Shown here piece by piece: positions 37,883 to 50,155 of a stretch of 64,000 nucleotides of DNA (the first letter of the stretch is position 1; each line of letters starts with the position of its first letter). The position numbers and the translations under genes were made by a program. The DNA lies in NCBI RefSeq assembly GCF_963921235.1, contig NC_086108.1:9920001-9984000 (forward strand), in the 5' to 3' direction. The notes beneath the pieces were generated by a model, which was given only the letters and a program-made list of their open reading frames with translations, was not told where the DNA came from and searched no databases. Source of the stretch: Mobula hypostoma (lineage: Eukaryota).

Positions 37883-40539
37883 TACTCTAAGAGCAATCTA
37901 ACCCTTACCTTCCACATACCCCTCCTTTTTTCTGTCATCCACGTGCCAGGAGACTGCAGGTGCTGGAACAATGAACAGCTTGCTGAAGGAGTATCTGTAT
38001 GGTGGGTTGGGTGGGGGGAGGGGGGGTGTGGTAGGACTGAAGAGAATGAGTTTCAGTTAGTTGATTTAGCGATACAGGCTCTGCCCTTCTGGGCCAACAA
38101 GTCCGCACTGCCCGATACGTTCATGTGACTAATTAACTCACTAACCCGTACCTCTTTGGGCTGTGTGTGGGGGGTGGGGAGGGGGAGACTCACGCGGTGG
38201 AATTGGCTGAATCTCAGATCGTGACAAGGAGGCGTACAAGGTTGAGATACACTCACTGGTTGAGTAGTGTCCAAATAACAACCTTTCACTCAATGTTGGC
38301 AAAATTAAATAAATAATGCAAAAAATAGTGAGGTGGTATTCATGGGTTCAACGTCCATTCAGAAATCAGATGGCCGAGGGGGAGAAGCTGTTCCTGAATT
38401 GTTGAGTGTGTATCTTCAGGCTCTTGATGGTAGTAATGAGAACAGGGCATGTCCTGGGTGATGGGGGTCCTCGCTCTGCAAATGGTTCTTGACTTACTCG
38501 TTGGGAGACCACACAGTTTGTGCTGATTGGAAGTAACGTCTCCTCCTCACTGATGCACCTCAAGCCCACTGCTCTACTCTCTCTACTCCACGACTGCGTA
38601 GCTTGGCACAGCTCAAATGCCGTCCATAAATTCACCGATAACACAACTGCCATTGGCTGAATCTCAGATCATGACAAGGAGGCGTACAAGGTTGAGATAC
38701 ACTCACTAGTTGAGTAGTGTCCAAATAACAACCTTTCACTCAATGTTGGCAAGACCAAGGAACTGATTGTGGACTTCAGGAAGGGGAGGCTGGGAGAACA
38801 CACACTCGGGCGTGTAGCTTTAACTTCCTGGGCATCATCTCAGAGGATTTTTTGGGGGCCCAACACATTGATGCAGTCAGGACAAAGGCTATAGCCAGCT
38901 CCGTCATGGACACAACACTCTGCAGCATCGAGGACATCTTCAAAAGGAGGTGCTTCAAAATGGTGCAGCAATCATTAAGAACTCACCATGCCCTCTTCTC
39001 ACTGCCGCCATCAGAATCAGGTTTAATATCGCTAGCTTTTGTCATGAAATTTGTTAACTCTGCAGCAGCAGTACAATGCAGTACACGATAAATATAGAAA
39101 AAAAATGAATTACAGTAAAAATATATATAGTAGTTCAATTAAGGTAAGTAGAGAAAAAACAGAAATAAGCCAAAAGCAGTGAGGTCATGTTCATGGGTTC
39201 ACTGTCCATTCAGAAATCAGATATCAGAGGAGAAGCTGTTCCTGAATCATTGAGTGTGTGTCTTCAGGGTTCTGTACCTCCTTCCTGATGTCCTAGGTGA
39301 TCAAGTGTCCTCAAACTCCTGATGAAATATAGCCACTGTTGTACCTTCTTTGTAACTGCAACAATATGTGGGGACCAGGTTAGATCCTCAGAGACCTTGA
39401 CACCCAAGAACTTCAATCTGGGAGGAGGTTCAGGAGCCTCAGTGCTTTCTTCCCCTCCACCATCAGATTCCAATACCATCCATAAACCCATGGACTCTTC
39501 CTCATCATTCTTCTTCAAAAGTATTTGCTTATATCTGTAACTTACAGCAAATTTTCAGTCTTGCACCGTGCTGCTGCCACCAGATAACAAATTTCACAAC
39601 CTATGTTAGGGATAATAAACCTGATTCTAAAGAGAAACGGGATAATTTCATACCGTCACACAATTTCCAATTATCTGCTCATAAAACCTCTCTACAACTA
39701 ACAAGAAGTTATTACAACTAGTGGTGGAAGTGTCAGTGCAATTTTCGAAGGATGGAGGCTTACAAATTCCTCAACATGTGTTCAACTATTTTTGTTTGAT
39801 TTTATGAGCTCCCAGATTACATAATCAATGTTATAGCTAATTTCTAACTGATAAACTTGTGTCCCTTAACAGTTATTACCCTCCATCATCAGGCTCCTGA
39901 ACCAGTGGATAACTTCACTCACCTCAACTCTGAACTGACTCCACAACATGCTCTTATTATTATTTATTACTTATTATTATTTTTCTGTATTTTCAGTTTC
40001 TTCTTTTGCGCATTGATAGTTGTCCGTCTTTGTGTGTAGTTTTTCATTGATTCTATTGTGTTTCTTTGTATCTGGTGTGAATACCTGCAAGAAAGTGAAT
40101 CTCAGGGTAGCATATGGTGACATATATGTACTTTGATAATAAATTTTCTTTGAACTTTGAACTTCACCATTAGCTTCCACCTGAGAACTTCCCATCAAAG
40201 GTGAAACAGTGACATCTCAATTGCGGACATCTTCAAAAGGAAGTCCCTCAAAATGATACATCAATCATTATGAACTCACCATCCAGGACAAGCTGAGATA
40301 CAGGGGAGCGAAGGGTTTGGGTTGATGTTAAGGTTTCTCTTGAGGGCTGAGAGGCTGGAGTCAGGGTCTGGAATCACGCTGGCCATGGCTTGTGCCTGTG
40401 AGGTTAAGGACACAAACATTAGGAGCAGGAGTCCTGTTATTCACCCGACATCATGGCTGGTCTTCCTCAATCTATCTTCCTGCTCTGTCCCTCTAACCTC
40501 ATATTTCATTTATGTAGCCTCAAGCCTGATAACATGAGC

Positions 40540-40895
40540 AGTGATTGCTCTAATTTTGGGGAAGAACTTTTGCCCTTATTTCTTTTTCCATTCCCCATTC
40601 TGGGTCCCTCTATCCTGTCTCTTCTCCTCTTGCTCATCACCTCCTTCTAGTTCACCTCCTCCTTCCCTTTTTCCTATAACCCTCCTATCAGATTCCTTCT
40701 TCTTCAGCCCTTTATCTGTTCCACCTGTTAGCTTCCAGCTTCTTATTTCATCAGCACCTCCCCTATGATCTGGTCTCACCTATCACCCAGTTTATACTAC
40801 TTCCCTTTCCCCCACCTTCTTCCTCCTACCTTTCCAGACCTGATGAAGGGTCTCAGCCCAGAATGTCAACTCTTCATAGACACTGCCTGACCTTC
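40540..40895 (+). mobile_element. Penelope-like terminal region
   Basis: Pyrimidine-rich UTR ending cctgatgaagggtctcagcccagaatgtc; reverse-complement homology to 63180-63420. Confidence 0.65.
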
Positions 40896-41199
40896 TGACA
40901 AGAGGGTGGTGATGGGCAAATGATGGCACTGTTGTTTCAATCTCTGGGACGGAATGAGAGCATCCTTCAGGAGGATGAACCCACAGAGAGGACCTGGCCC
41001 AGACGGGGCACCTGACCTGTGCTGGAATATTTACTGACTTTGGCTCTCTGATGTACCCACCTGCTTCAAGCAGACTTCAGTCTCTGTACCCAAGAAGAAC
41101 CTGACACCCTGCCTCAATGTCTCTCATCCAGTAGCACTTACATCCACTGTGATGAAGTGATTGGAGAGGTTGCTGACGAATATGTCAACTCTTTCCAAG

Positions 41200-41423
41200 G
41201 AGGAGGGGAACGTTGACTCAGACCATGAGAGACCTGCGTCGGGCATTTTCACGGCTTACAAGGCGCAGATTGGAAGTGTGTGTGGGGCACCACTCCTCGC
41301 ACAGACACTAGAGCAATGTGTGGTTAAGTGCCTTGCTCAAAGACACAAACATGCTGCCACAGCTGAGGCTCGAACTAGCAACCTTCAGATCACTAGTTGA
41401 ATGCCTTAACCACTTGACCACGT
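41200..41423 (-). mobile_element. tRNA-derived SINE with CORE-like segment (second copy 42541-42763)
   Basis: Minus strand TGGTCAAGTGG A box, AGTTCGAGCC B box and gtgtctttgagcaaggcacttaac. Confidence 0.8.
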
Positions 41424-42540
41424 GAGAAGTGACCTGGATCTTATTCAAGTTGCCTACTGGAAAGCAGGTCCATGGCAGATACCATTTCATTGGCTCTTTG
41501 CTCAGCTCTGAAACATCTGGACAGTGAAGATATATATATCAGGATGCTCTTCATTGACTACAGTTCAGCATTCAATATTATCAACCTCTCAAAACTAATC
41601 AATAAGCTTCAAGACTTAGGCCTCGACACCTCCCTGTGCAACTAGGGATTTTCCCATTTGCAGACTTCAGTCTGTACAGATTGGAAACAATATCACGTCT
41701 CGAAGCTTCCTCAGTACAGATGTACCACAAGGCTGTGTGCATAACTCCCCCCACCCCCTGCTCTACTCTCTTTATACCCAATCAGGGCATGGCTACATAC
41801 AGATCCAATGCCATACTTAAGTTTGCTGATGATACCACTGTTGTTGACGAATCAAAGGTGGTGACAAATTGGCATATAGGAAGGAGAGTGAAAATCTGGT
41901 TGAACAATACTATAACAACAACCTTTTAATCAACATCAGAAAAACCAAAGAGCTGATTATCAACAGGAGGAGGAAACCAGAGGTCCATGAGCCAGTCCTC
42001 ATCAGGGAATCAGAGGCGAAGAGGGGCAGTAACTTAAAATTCCTTGGTATCATCATTTCGGAGCTTCTGTCCTGATCTAGCACGTAAGTGCCTTTACAAA
42101 GAAGGCAACGCAGCACCTCTACTTTCTTAGAAGTTCGCTTAGAATTGTAATATCATCTAAAACTTTGACAAATTTCTATAGGTGCACAGTGGAGAGTATC
42201 TTGACAGGTTGCATCCTGGCCTGGTATGGAAAAATGCCCAAGAATAGAAAAAGCTACAGAAGGTGATGGATACAGTTCAGTCCGTCACTGACAAACCCCT
42301 CACCACCATTTAGCATATCTACATGGAGGCCTGCCGCAAGAAAGCAGCATCCATCATTAATGACCCACCCCTCCACCCACCCTCCACCATCCAGGCCATG
42401 CTCTCTGCCATCGGATACATGGTGCAGGATCCTTAGGTCCCACGCCACAGGTTCAGGAGCATTTATAACCCTTCAACCATCAGGCTCTTGAATCAGTGTG
42501 GATAACTTCACTCACCTCAACACTGAACTACTTTGACTCA

Positions 42541-42763
42541 GGGAACATCGACTCAGACCATGAGAGGCCTGCGTCGGGCATTTTCATTCCTTACAAGGCG
42601 CAGATTGGAAGTCTGTGTAGGGCGCCTCTCCTCGCTCAGACACGAGAGCAATGTGTGGTTAAGTGCCTTGCTCAAGGACACAAATACACTGCCACAGCTG
42701 AGGCTCGAACTAGCGACATTCAGATCACTAGACGAATGCCTTAACCACTAGGCCACGTGCCCA
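42541..42763 (-). mobile_element. tRNA-derived SINE, same family as 41200-41423
   Basis: Collinear, highly similar copy. Confidence 0.8.
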
Positions 42764-42840
42764 CAAACATGTATTTGACAAAATATAGACAGAATTTCAA
42801 GAACTCTGCAACTCATGTTCTTGGTATTGTTTATTTTTGT

Positions 42841-43236
42841 GTCATCATCATGATGTGCTGAGTTGTATGATGTGGGTGATCATGGTCTTCTGTCTGTCAT
42901 GACCATGATTGTTCTTGGCAAACTTTTCAATGAAATGGTTTACTGTTGCTTTCTTCTGGGCAGTGTCTTTACAAGATGGGTGACCCCAGCCATTACCAAT
43001 ACACTTCAGAGATTGTCTGCCTGGTGTCAGTGGTCATATAACCAGGACTTGTGATATGTACCAGCTGCTCATAGGACCATCCACCACCTGCTCCCATGGC
43101 TTCACGTGACCCTGATCGGGGGAGGGGTGCTAAGCAGGTGCTACACCTTGCCAAGATCTGTAGGTTAGTGGTGGGAAGGAGCACCTTACACCTCCTTTGG
43201 AAGAAACACTGGAAACACATCTGCACCTCGACACCC
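42841..43236 (-). mobile_element. RTE-tail non-autonomous family B
   Basis: Homologous to 23263-23674. Confidence 0.75.
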
Positions 43237-44015
43237 ATATGGAAAAAATATGTACACACACACATATACATATATATGTATACATGCATACATATATATG
43301 TATGTATATATATACACACACACAGACATACATTTTTTATTTGTCTACTTCTGCACATTAGTTGTTTTGTCAGTCTTTATGTATAGTTTTTCATAAATTC
43401 TATTGTATTTCTTAATTTCCTGTAAATTCCTGGAAGAAAATGAATCTTAGTGACGACATAAGACGTACGATAGATATAGAAGCAGAATTAGGCTGTTTGG
43501 CCCTTTGATTCTGCTCTGCCATTTCATCATGGCTGATCCATTTCCCTCTCAACCCCAATCTCCTACCTTCCTTCCGTATCCCTCTATGTCCTGACTAATC
43601 AAGCATCTATCAACCTCTGCCTTATATACACCCAATCACTTTGATAATAAATTTACTTTGCCTTTGTTTTGGGAAGAGGTAAGGGGGAGCCAGTCCGGGG
43701 AATAGTGGAAGAGAGAAGCAGATGATGATGCCACCTTTTGAAGATATCCTGATGGATAATTCCAGGATAAAGGTGCTGGAGGAATGCTGCACTGTCCAAG
43801 GTGCTGATCCCTGTCCTTGCCCTCCCAACATAGCAACATTCCATAGTAGTAAGCTGAAGAAGAGCTGTGATAAACCCTTCCCACTGATCCTGGGGCAATA
43901 TTTATCTGTCAAATAACAAAACTAGTCCAGGTAATCTGGTCACTGTCATCTTAATGTGTGTGGGAGTTTGAGTATGTCAATATGTGATGGATAGTGCTTG
44001 GTAACCACATTCTGT

Positions 44016-44022
44016 GCACACA

Positions 44023-44073
<51 letters not shown>

Positions 44074-44154
44074 ACACACACACGCACGCGCGCACACACA
44101 CACACACACACGCGCGCGCGCACACACACACGCGCACACACACACACACACACA

Positions 44155-44201
<47 letters not shown>

Positions 44202-44212
44202 ACACACACACA
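44016..44212. repeat. (CA)n/(CG)n alternating purine-pyrimidine microsatellite
   Basis: Direct inspection. Confidence 0.95.
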
Positions 44213-44269
44213 TTGCCTTGTCATTCTGCTGTAATTGCACTGAGTGTGCACTCTTCAGTGTATTTTCCA

Positions 44270-44728
44270 TATAACCATTTAACCATATGACAACTACAGC
44301 ACAGAAAACAGCCATCTTGGCCCTTCTAGTCCGTGCCGAACTCTTACTCTCACCTAGTCCCACCGACCTGCACTCAGCCCATAACCCTCCATTCCTTTCC
44401 TGTCCATATAGCTGTCCAATTTAACTTTAAACGACAACATCGAACCTGCTTCAATCACTTCTGCTGGAAGCTCGTTCCACACAGCCACCACTCTCTGAGT
44501 AAAGAAGTTCCCCCTCATGTTACCCCTAAACTTTTGCCCTTTAACTCTCAACTCATTTCCTCTTGTTTGAATCTCCCCCAGTCTCAATGGAAAAAGCCTA
44601 TCCACATCATCTCTATCTATCCCCCTCATAATTTTAAACACCTCTATCAAGTCCCCCCTCAACCTTCTACGTTCCAAAGAATAAAGACCCAACTTGTTCA
44701 ATCTTTCTCTGTAACTTAGGTGATGAAA
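44270..44728 (-). mobile_element. CR1 3' fragment, same subfamily as 2067-6254
   Basis: RLRGDLIEVFKIMRG...KFRGNMRGNFFTQRVVAVWNELP and a matching atatggtt tail. Confidence 0.9.
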
Positions 44729-44851
44729 ACCTTGTATATTCTTATAATGTATCCTAAATGGTTTGGCTTTACAGTGCTTTTCCTGCCATACATGATGAAA
44801 TATTCCATTTCTTTAGTAATGGGGATGTGTAAATGTGTCTATGTTGTTTGT

Positions 44852-46468
44852 ATAGAACATAGAACATAGAATAGTACAGCACAGTACAGGCCCTTCATCC
44901 CACAATGTAGTGCCGACCCTCAAACCCTGCCACCCATATAAGCCCCCAACTTAAATTTCTCCATATACCTGTCTAGTAGTCTCTTAAATTTCACTAGTGT
45001 ATCTGCCTCCACCACTGACTCAGGTAGTGCATTCCAGCACTAACCACTCTCTGAGTAAAAAATCTTCCTTTAATATCCTCCTTGAACTTCCCACCCCTTA
45101 CCTTAAAGCCATGTCCTCTTGTATTGAGCAGTGGTGCCCTGGGGAAGAGGCGCTGGCTATCCACTCTATCTATTCCTCTTATTACCTTGTACACCTCTAT
45201 CATGTCTCCCCTCATCCTCCTTCTCTCCAAAGAGTAAAGCCCTAGCTCCCTTAATCTCTGCATACACTCTAAACCAGGCAGCATTCTGGTAAATCTTCTC
45301 TGTACCCTTTCCAATACTTCCACATCCTTCTTATAGTCAGGCGACCAGAACTGGACACAGTACTCCAAGTGTGGCCTAACCAGAGTTTTATAGAGCTGCA
45401 TCATTACATCGTGACTCTTAAACTCTATCCCTCGACTTATGAAAGCTAACACCCCATAAGCTTTCTTAACTACCCTTGTGAGGCAACTTTCAGGGATCTG
45501 TGGACATGTATCCCCAGATCCCTCTGCTCCTCCACACTACCAAGTATCCTGCCATTTACTTTGTACTCTGCCTTGGAGTTTGTCCTTCCAAAGTGTACCA
45601 CCTCACACTTCTCTGGGTTGAACTCCATCTGCCACATCTCAGCCCACTTCTGCATCCTATCAATGTCTCTCTGCAATCTTTGACAATCCTCTACACTATC
45701 TACAACACCACCAACCTTTGTGTCGTCTGTAAACTTGCCAACCCACCCTTCTACCCCCACATCCAGGTCGATAATAAAAATCACGAAAAGTAGAGGTCCC
45801 AGAACAGATCCTTGTGAGACACACTAGTCACAACCCTCCAATCTGAATGTACTCCCTCCACCACCACCCTCTGCCTTCTGTAGGCAAGCCAATTCTGAAT
45901 CCACCTGACCAAACTTCCCTGGATCCCATGCCTTCTGACTTTCTGAATAAGCGTACCGTGTGGAACCTTGTCAAATGCCTTACTAAAATCCATATAGATC
46001 ACATCCACTGCACTACCCTCATCTATATGCCTGGTCACCTCCTCAAAGAACTCTATCAGGCTTGTTAGACACGATCTGCCCTTCACAAAGCCATGTTGAC
46101 TGTCCCTGATCAGACCATGATTCTCTAAATGCCCAGAGATCCTACCTCTAAGAATCTTTTCCAACAGCTTTCCCACTACAGATGTAAGGCTCACTGGTCT
46201 ATAATTACCCGGACTATCCCTACTACCTTTTTTGAACAAGGGGACAACATTCGCCTCCCTCCAATCCTCCGGTACCATTCCCGTGGACAACGAGGACATA
46301 AAGATCCTAGCCAGAGGCTCAGCAATCTCTTCCCTCGCCTCGTGGAGCAGCCTGGGGAATATTCGGTCAGGCCCCGGGGACTTATCCGTCCTAATGTATT
46401 TTAACAACTCCAACACCTCCTCTCCCTTAATATCAACATGCTCCAGAACATCAACCTCACTCATATTG
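44852..46468 (-). mobile_element. Young 5'-truncated CR1, same subfamily as 30371-32771
   Basis: Near-identical peptides ([32 protein letters not shown]). Confidence 0.95.
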
Positions 46469-47642
46469 TATGTGGTATTTAAGGTAGACACTTCGGTTTA
46501 TTTTGTAATATGATTCTAACTTATTGTGGGGCGCAACATATTCTAATTCATGTGTAGTCTTGTTAACTTATTGGGTAATGAAAGATGGTATGCCCTGGTG
46601 CCTAATAAACAGGGCTCATCACTCTCAGGGAGCTGCCAGGCATTCACACTGAAAGTAGCATGGAGCTATTTATTGTCTTTTCTAGTAGAAATCTTTTTGC
46701 AAATATTGGCAGTTTTGTTTACACTAGTTTCACTAATTGTTGTAAGTTGGATTGCTGACACATCAAGTAAACACCCTTGCTCAAAATTGCTAAGTGACTC
46801 CAGCCATCTATTTCTTTGGTCAAAACCCATGTACATAATACTGTACTTCCCCTCCATTACAACAAGGACTTCTCTTCAAAGTACTTCAATGGTTTAACAA
46901 ATTGGGGATGTTCTGAAAGGGAAATGCAAGAGGTTATCGAAAAGCAAATCCTAACTTCTCTTATTAATTTATTTATTCTAATGTTGAAAACTTCTGTTCA
47001 TTTTTCCAATCAACGGACTTGTCTGAACAGACTTTTTTTTCAAAGATTATAAAACCCTTAGACCATCTATAACTGCCAAAGTCTCTTAATTGAGATTGTG
47101 TGGGACTGAGAAGGTCTTCTTTACCATTAATCAGAAATCGTCTGCAGCTGCTGCAACACTTTGGAGATCAATAGGTGGCTGGGACACTGGGCGGCTTTGT
47201 CTGTTGTCCCAACGTAGTGCGTGACACTCCAAAACAGCACTGCTGTCCGAGCCTGAAACCTGGCCATATACCCTCCAAACGAAGACTAAACCTATCACCC
47301 ACTCAGGAGCTGTGGGAGGTGCGGGCAAGGAGTCACACAATTTGTTTCACCCATTGCAACAGTCTGGTGGTGTTCAGAGACAGAGTGTTAAAAAGACGTG
47401 GGAGCTGAAAGAGAAAGAGAGAGACAGAGAGAAAAAAGAAGGAGCGGGAGAGACACAGAGACAGAGAGGAGAGAGAGAGTGAGGCAGAGAGAGAGAGACA
47501 GAGAGTGAGAGAGAGAGGAGTTATAGGAAGAGAGCATTTGGGGGAAAGGGAAGAAGGTACAAGAGCCTCAGGACTCACACCACCAGGTTAAAGAACAATT
47601 ACTTCCCCTCAGCCATCAGGCTCTTGAACCAAAGGGGATAAC

Positions 47643-50155
47643 TGTTATAAGGGGGGGGGCATTGATGGTGGACCCAAATGCAAGACACAGACACTGAAGT
47701 ATGAGGAACAGGATAAGGTGTATCAAGAAAGCAAGGGGAGTCAGGAAGAAATGACGCTGGACATGGACACAGGCCCTGGACGAGACAAGGACACCGGGCC
47801 TGGGTTAGGACTAAGACTAGGAAAGCGGGACCAGGACAAGGAACTTGGAACTAGGAGCCTGGGCTAGGACTTCTAGCCAGAGACTGGACAGAGACCCGGA
47901 ACATGGGTCTTGACTCGGGCTCAGGACCCCGGATCTAGGCGAGGACAAGACGTGGCTACAGGACTGGATGTGGAACTCTTGCACAGGACGAGGCACATGG
48001 ACAGGACAAGAACACAAAGCCTTGACTTGGACAGGACAAGTTTCTTGGACTAGGCTTGGACAAGGTGAGGTACTTGGACGTGACTTGGACTAGACAAGGT
48101 TCTTGGACGTGGCTGGGACTAGACAAGGTTCTTGGACGTGGCTGGGACTAGACGAGGTTCTTGGACGTGGCTGGGACTAGACGAGGTTCTTGGACGTGGC
48201 TGGGACTAGACGAGGTTCCTGGACGTGGCTGGGACTAGACGAGGTTCTTGGACGTGGCTGGGACTAGACGAGGTTCCTGGACGTAGCTGGGACTAGACGA
48301 GGTTCCTGGACGTGGCTTTGATTAGACTAGGTTCTTGGACATGGCTAGGACTAGGGACTCCTGGACTGGAAGAGAGACTCCTGGACAGGATGAGGGATCT
48401 CCAGCACTGGGCTGGGCAAAGTACTCCTGGGCTGGGCGAGATACTCCTCGGCTGGGCGCGGTACTCCAGCGCAGGACGAGGAACTCCAGGGCAGGACAAG
48501 GAACTCCAGGGCAGGACGAGGAACTCCAGGGTAGGACGAAGAACTTCAGGGCAGAACGTGTAACTCCAGAGCAGGACTTGGCTCTTGGACTCGGCTCGGT
48601 TAGGCCCTTGGGTACAGAGCTGGGACTCCTTCTAGGACACAGGACCGGGACCCTTTCTAGGACGCAGGGCCGAGGATACTTGCTGAGGTAAACTGCTGAG
48701 GAAACCGCCGAGGAAACTGTCAGTGGTTCAGATGGGGAGGGGAAGGGAACAGTCCAGCAAAAGAAGCTGAATCTGGAAGCTATTTATGTAGCCAGCCCAA
48801 AACTAGAAACAGGTGCCTCGATTAAGGAGCCCAATGGAACCGGGGAAAACAGGGAAAACCCAGAATATGGATTGATGGACCAGACCGTGAACCGGAATGC
48901 AGACTAAATGGACCGGATCATGACAGTATCCACCTCCCCTCCATGGGAGCATCTTGGTGGCCCAAAAAGCTTTCCCAGACTATGGATGACATGGGCAGGT
49001 GGGGGGGCATTCAACAGGAGGGAACCCGGGATGGCGAGAGTTAAACGACAGTGTCTGTGTCTCTGGGTCCATATTTGATGGACTGCTCTGTTATAAGGGG
49101 GCTATTGATGGTGGACCCAAATGCAAGACACAGACACTGAAATACTAGGAACAGGACAAGGTTTATCGAGAAAGCAAGGGAAGTCAGGAAGAAACGACGC
49201 TGGACATGGACACAGGCCCTGGGCAAGACAAGGACACCGGGCCTGGGCTAGGAATAAGACTAGGAAAGCGGGACCAGGACAAGGAACTTGGAACTAGGAG
49301 GCTGGGCTAGGATTCCGAGCCAGAGACCGGGAACCTGGGTCTTGACTCGGGTTTGGACCCTGGATCTAGGCGAGGACAAGACGTGGCTACTGGACTGGAT
49401 GTGGCTAGGCTACAGGACTGGACATGGAAATCCTGCATAGGACAAAGCACATGGACAGGATGAGAACACAAAGCCTGGACTAGTACAGGATGAGGTTCTT
49501 GGACTAGGCTTGGACTAGACTAGGTACTTGGATGTGGTTAGGACTAGACAAGGTACTTGGACGTGGCTTGGACTAGATGAGGTTCTTGGACTAGGGACTC
49601 CTGGACTGGATGAGGGAACTCCTGGACTGGACGAGGGAAGTCCAGCATAGGACGAGGAATCTCCAGCACCGGGCTGGGTGAGAAACTCCTGGGCTGGGCG
49701 AGGGAACTCCTGGACTGGACGAGGGAAGTCCAGCATAGGACGAGGAATCTCCAGCACTGGGCTGGGCGAGGTACTCCTGGGCTGGGCGAGGTACTCCAGC
49801 GCAGGACTTTGCTCTTGCACTAGGCTCAGTTAGGCCCTTGGGTATGGAGCCGGGACTCCTTCTTGGAGTGCAGGGCCGGGACCCTTTCTAGTACGCAGGG
49901 CCGGGATGACTGCCAAGTATATTTGCCGAGGTGACTGCTGAGGAAACCGTCAGGGATTCCGATGGGGAGGGGAAGGGAACAGTCCAGCAAAAGAAGCTGA
50001 ATCCCGAAGCTATTTATGTAGCCAGCCCAAAACTAGAATCAGGTGCTTCGATTAAGGAGCCCAACGGAACCGGGGAAAACAGGGAAAACCCGAAATACAG
50101 ATCGATGTACCAGACTGTGAACTGGAATGCGGACTTCACGGACCGGACCATGACA
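47643..50155 (-). mobile_element. Miniature non-autonomous Ty3/Gypsy (Tf1/sushi-like) LTR retrotransposon
   Basis: Two LTRs (47643-48925 and 49089-50155) with TG...CA ends, a 163-bp internal region, PPT GGAGGGGAGGTGG, and TSD ATAAC at 47638-47642 and 50156-50160. Confidence 0.9.

Noticed and set aside
46550..47408. Possible host exons or hydrophobic ORF
   Set aside because: No recognisable protein similarity or convincing splice pair; kept only as a unique island.
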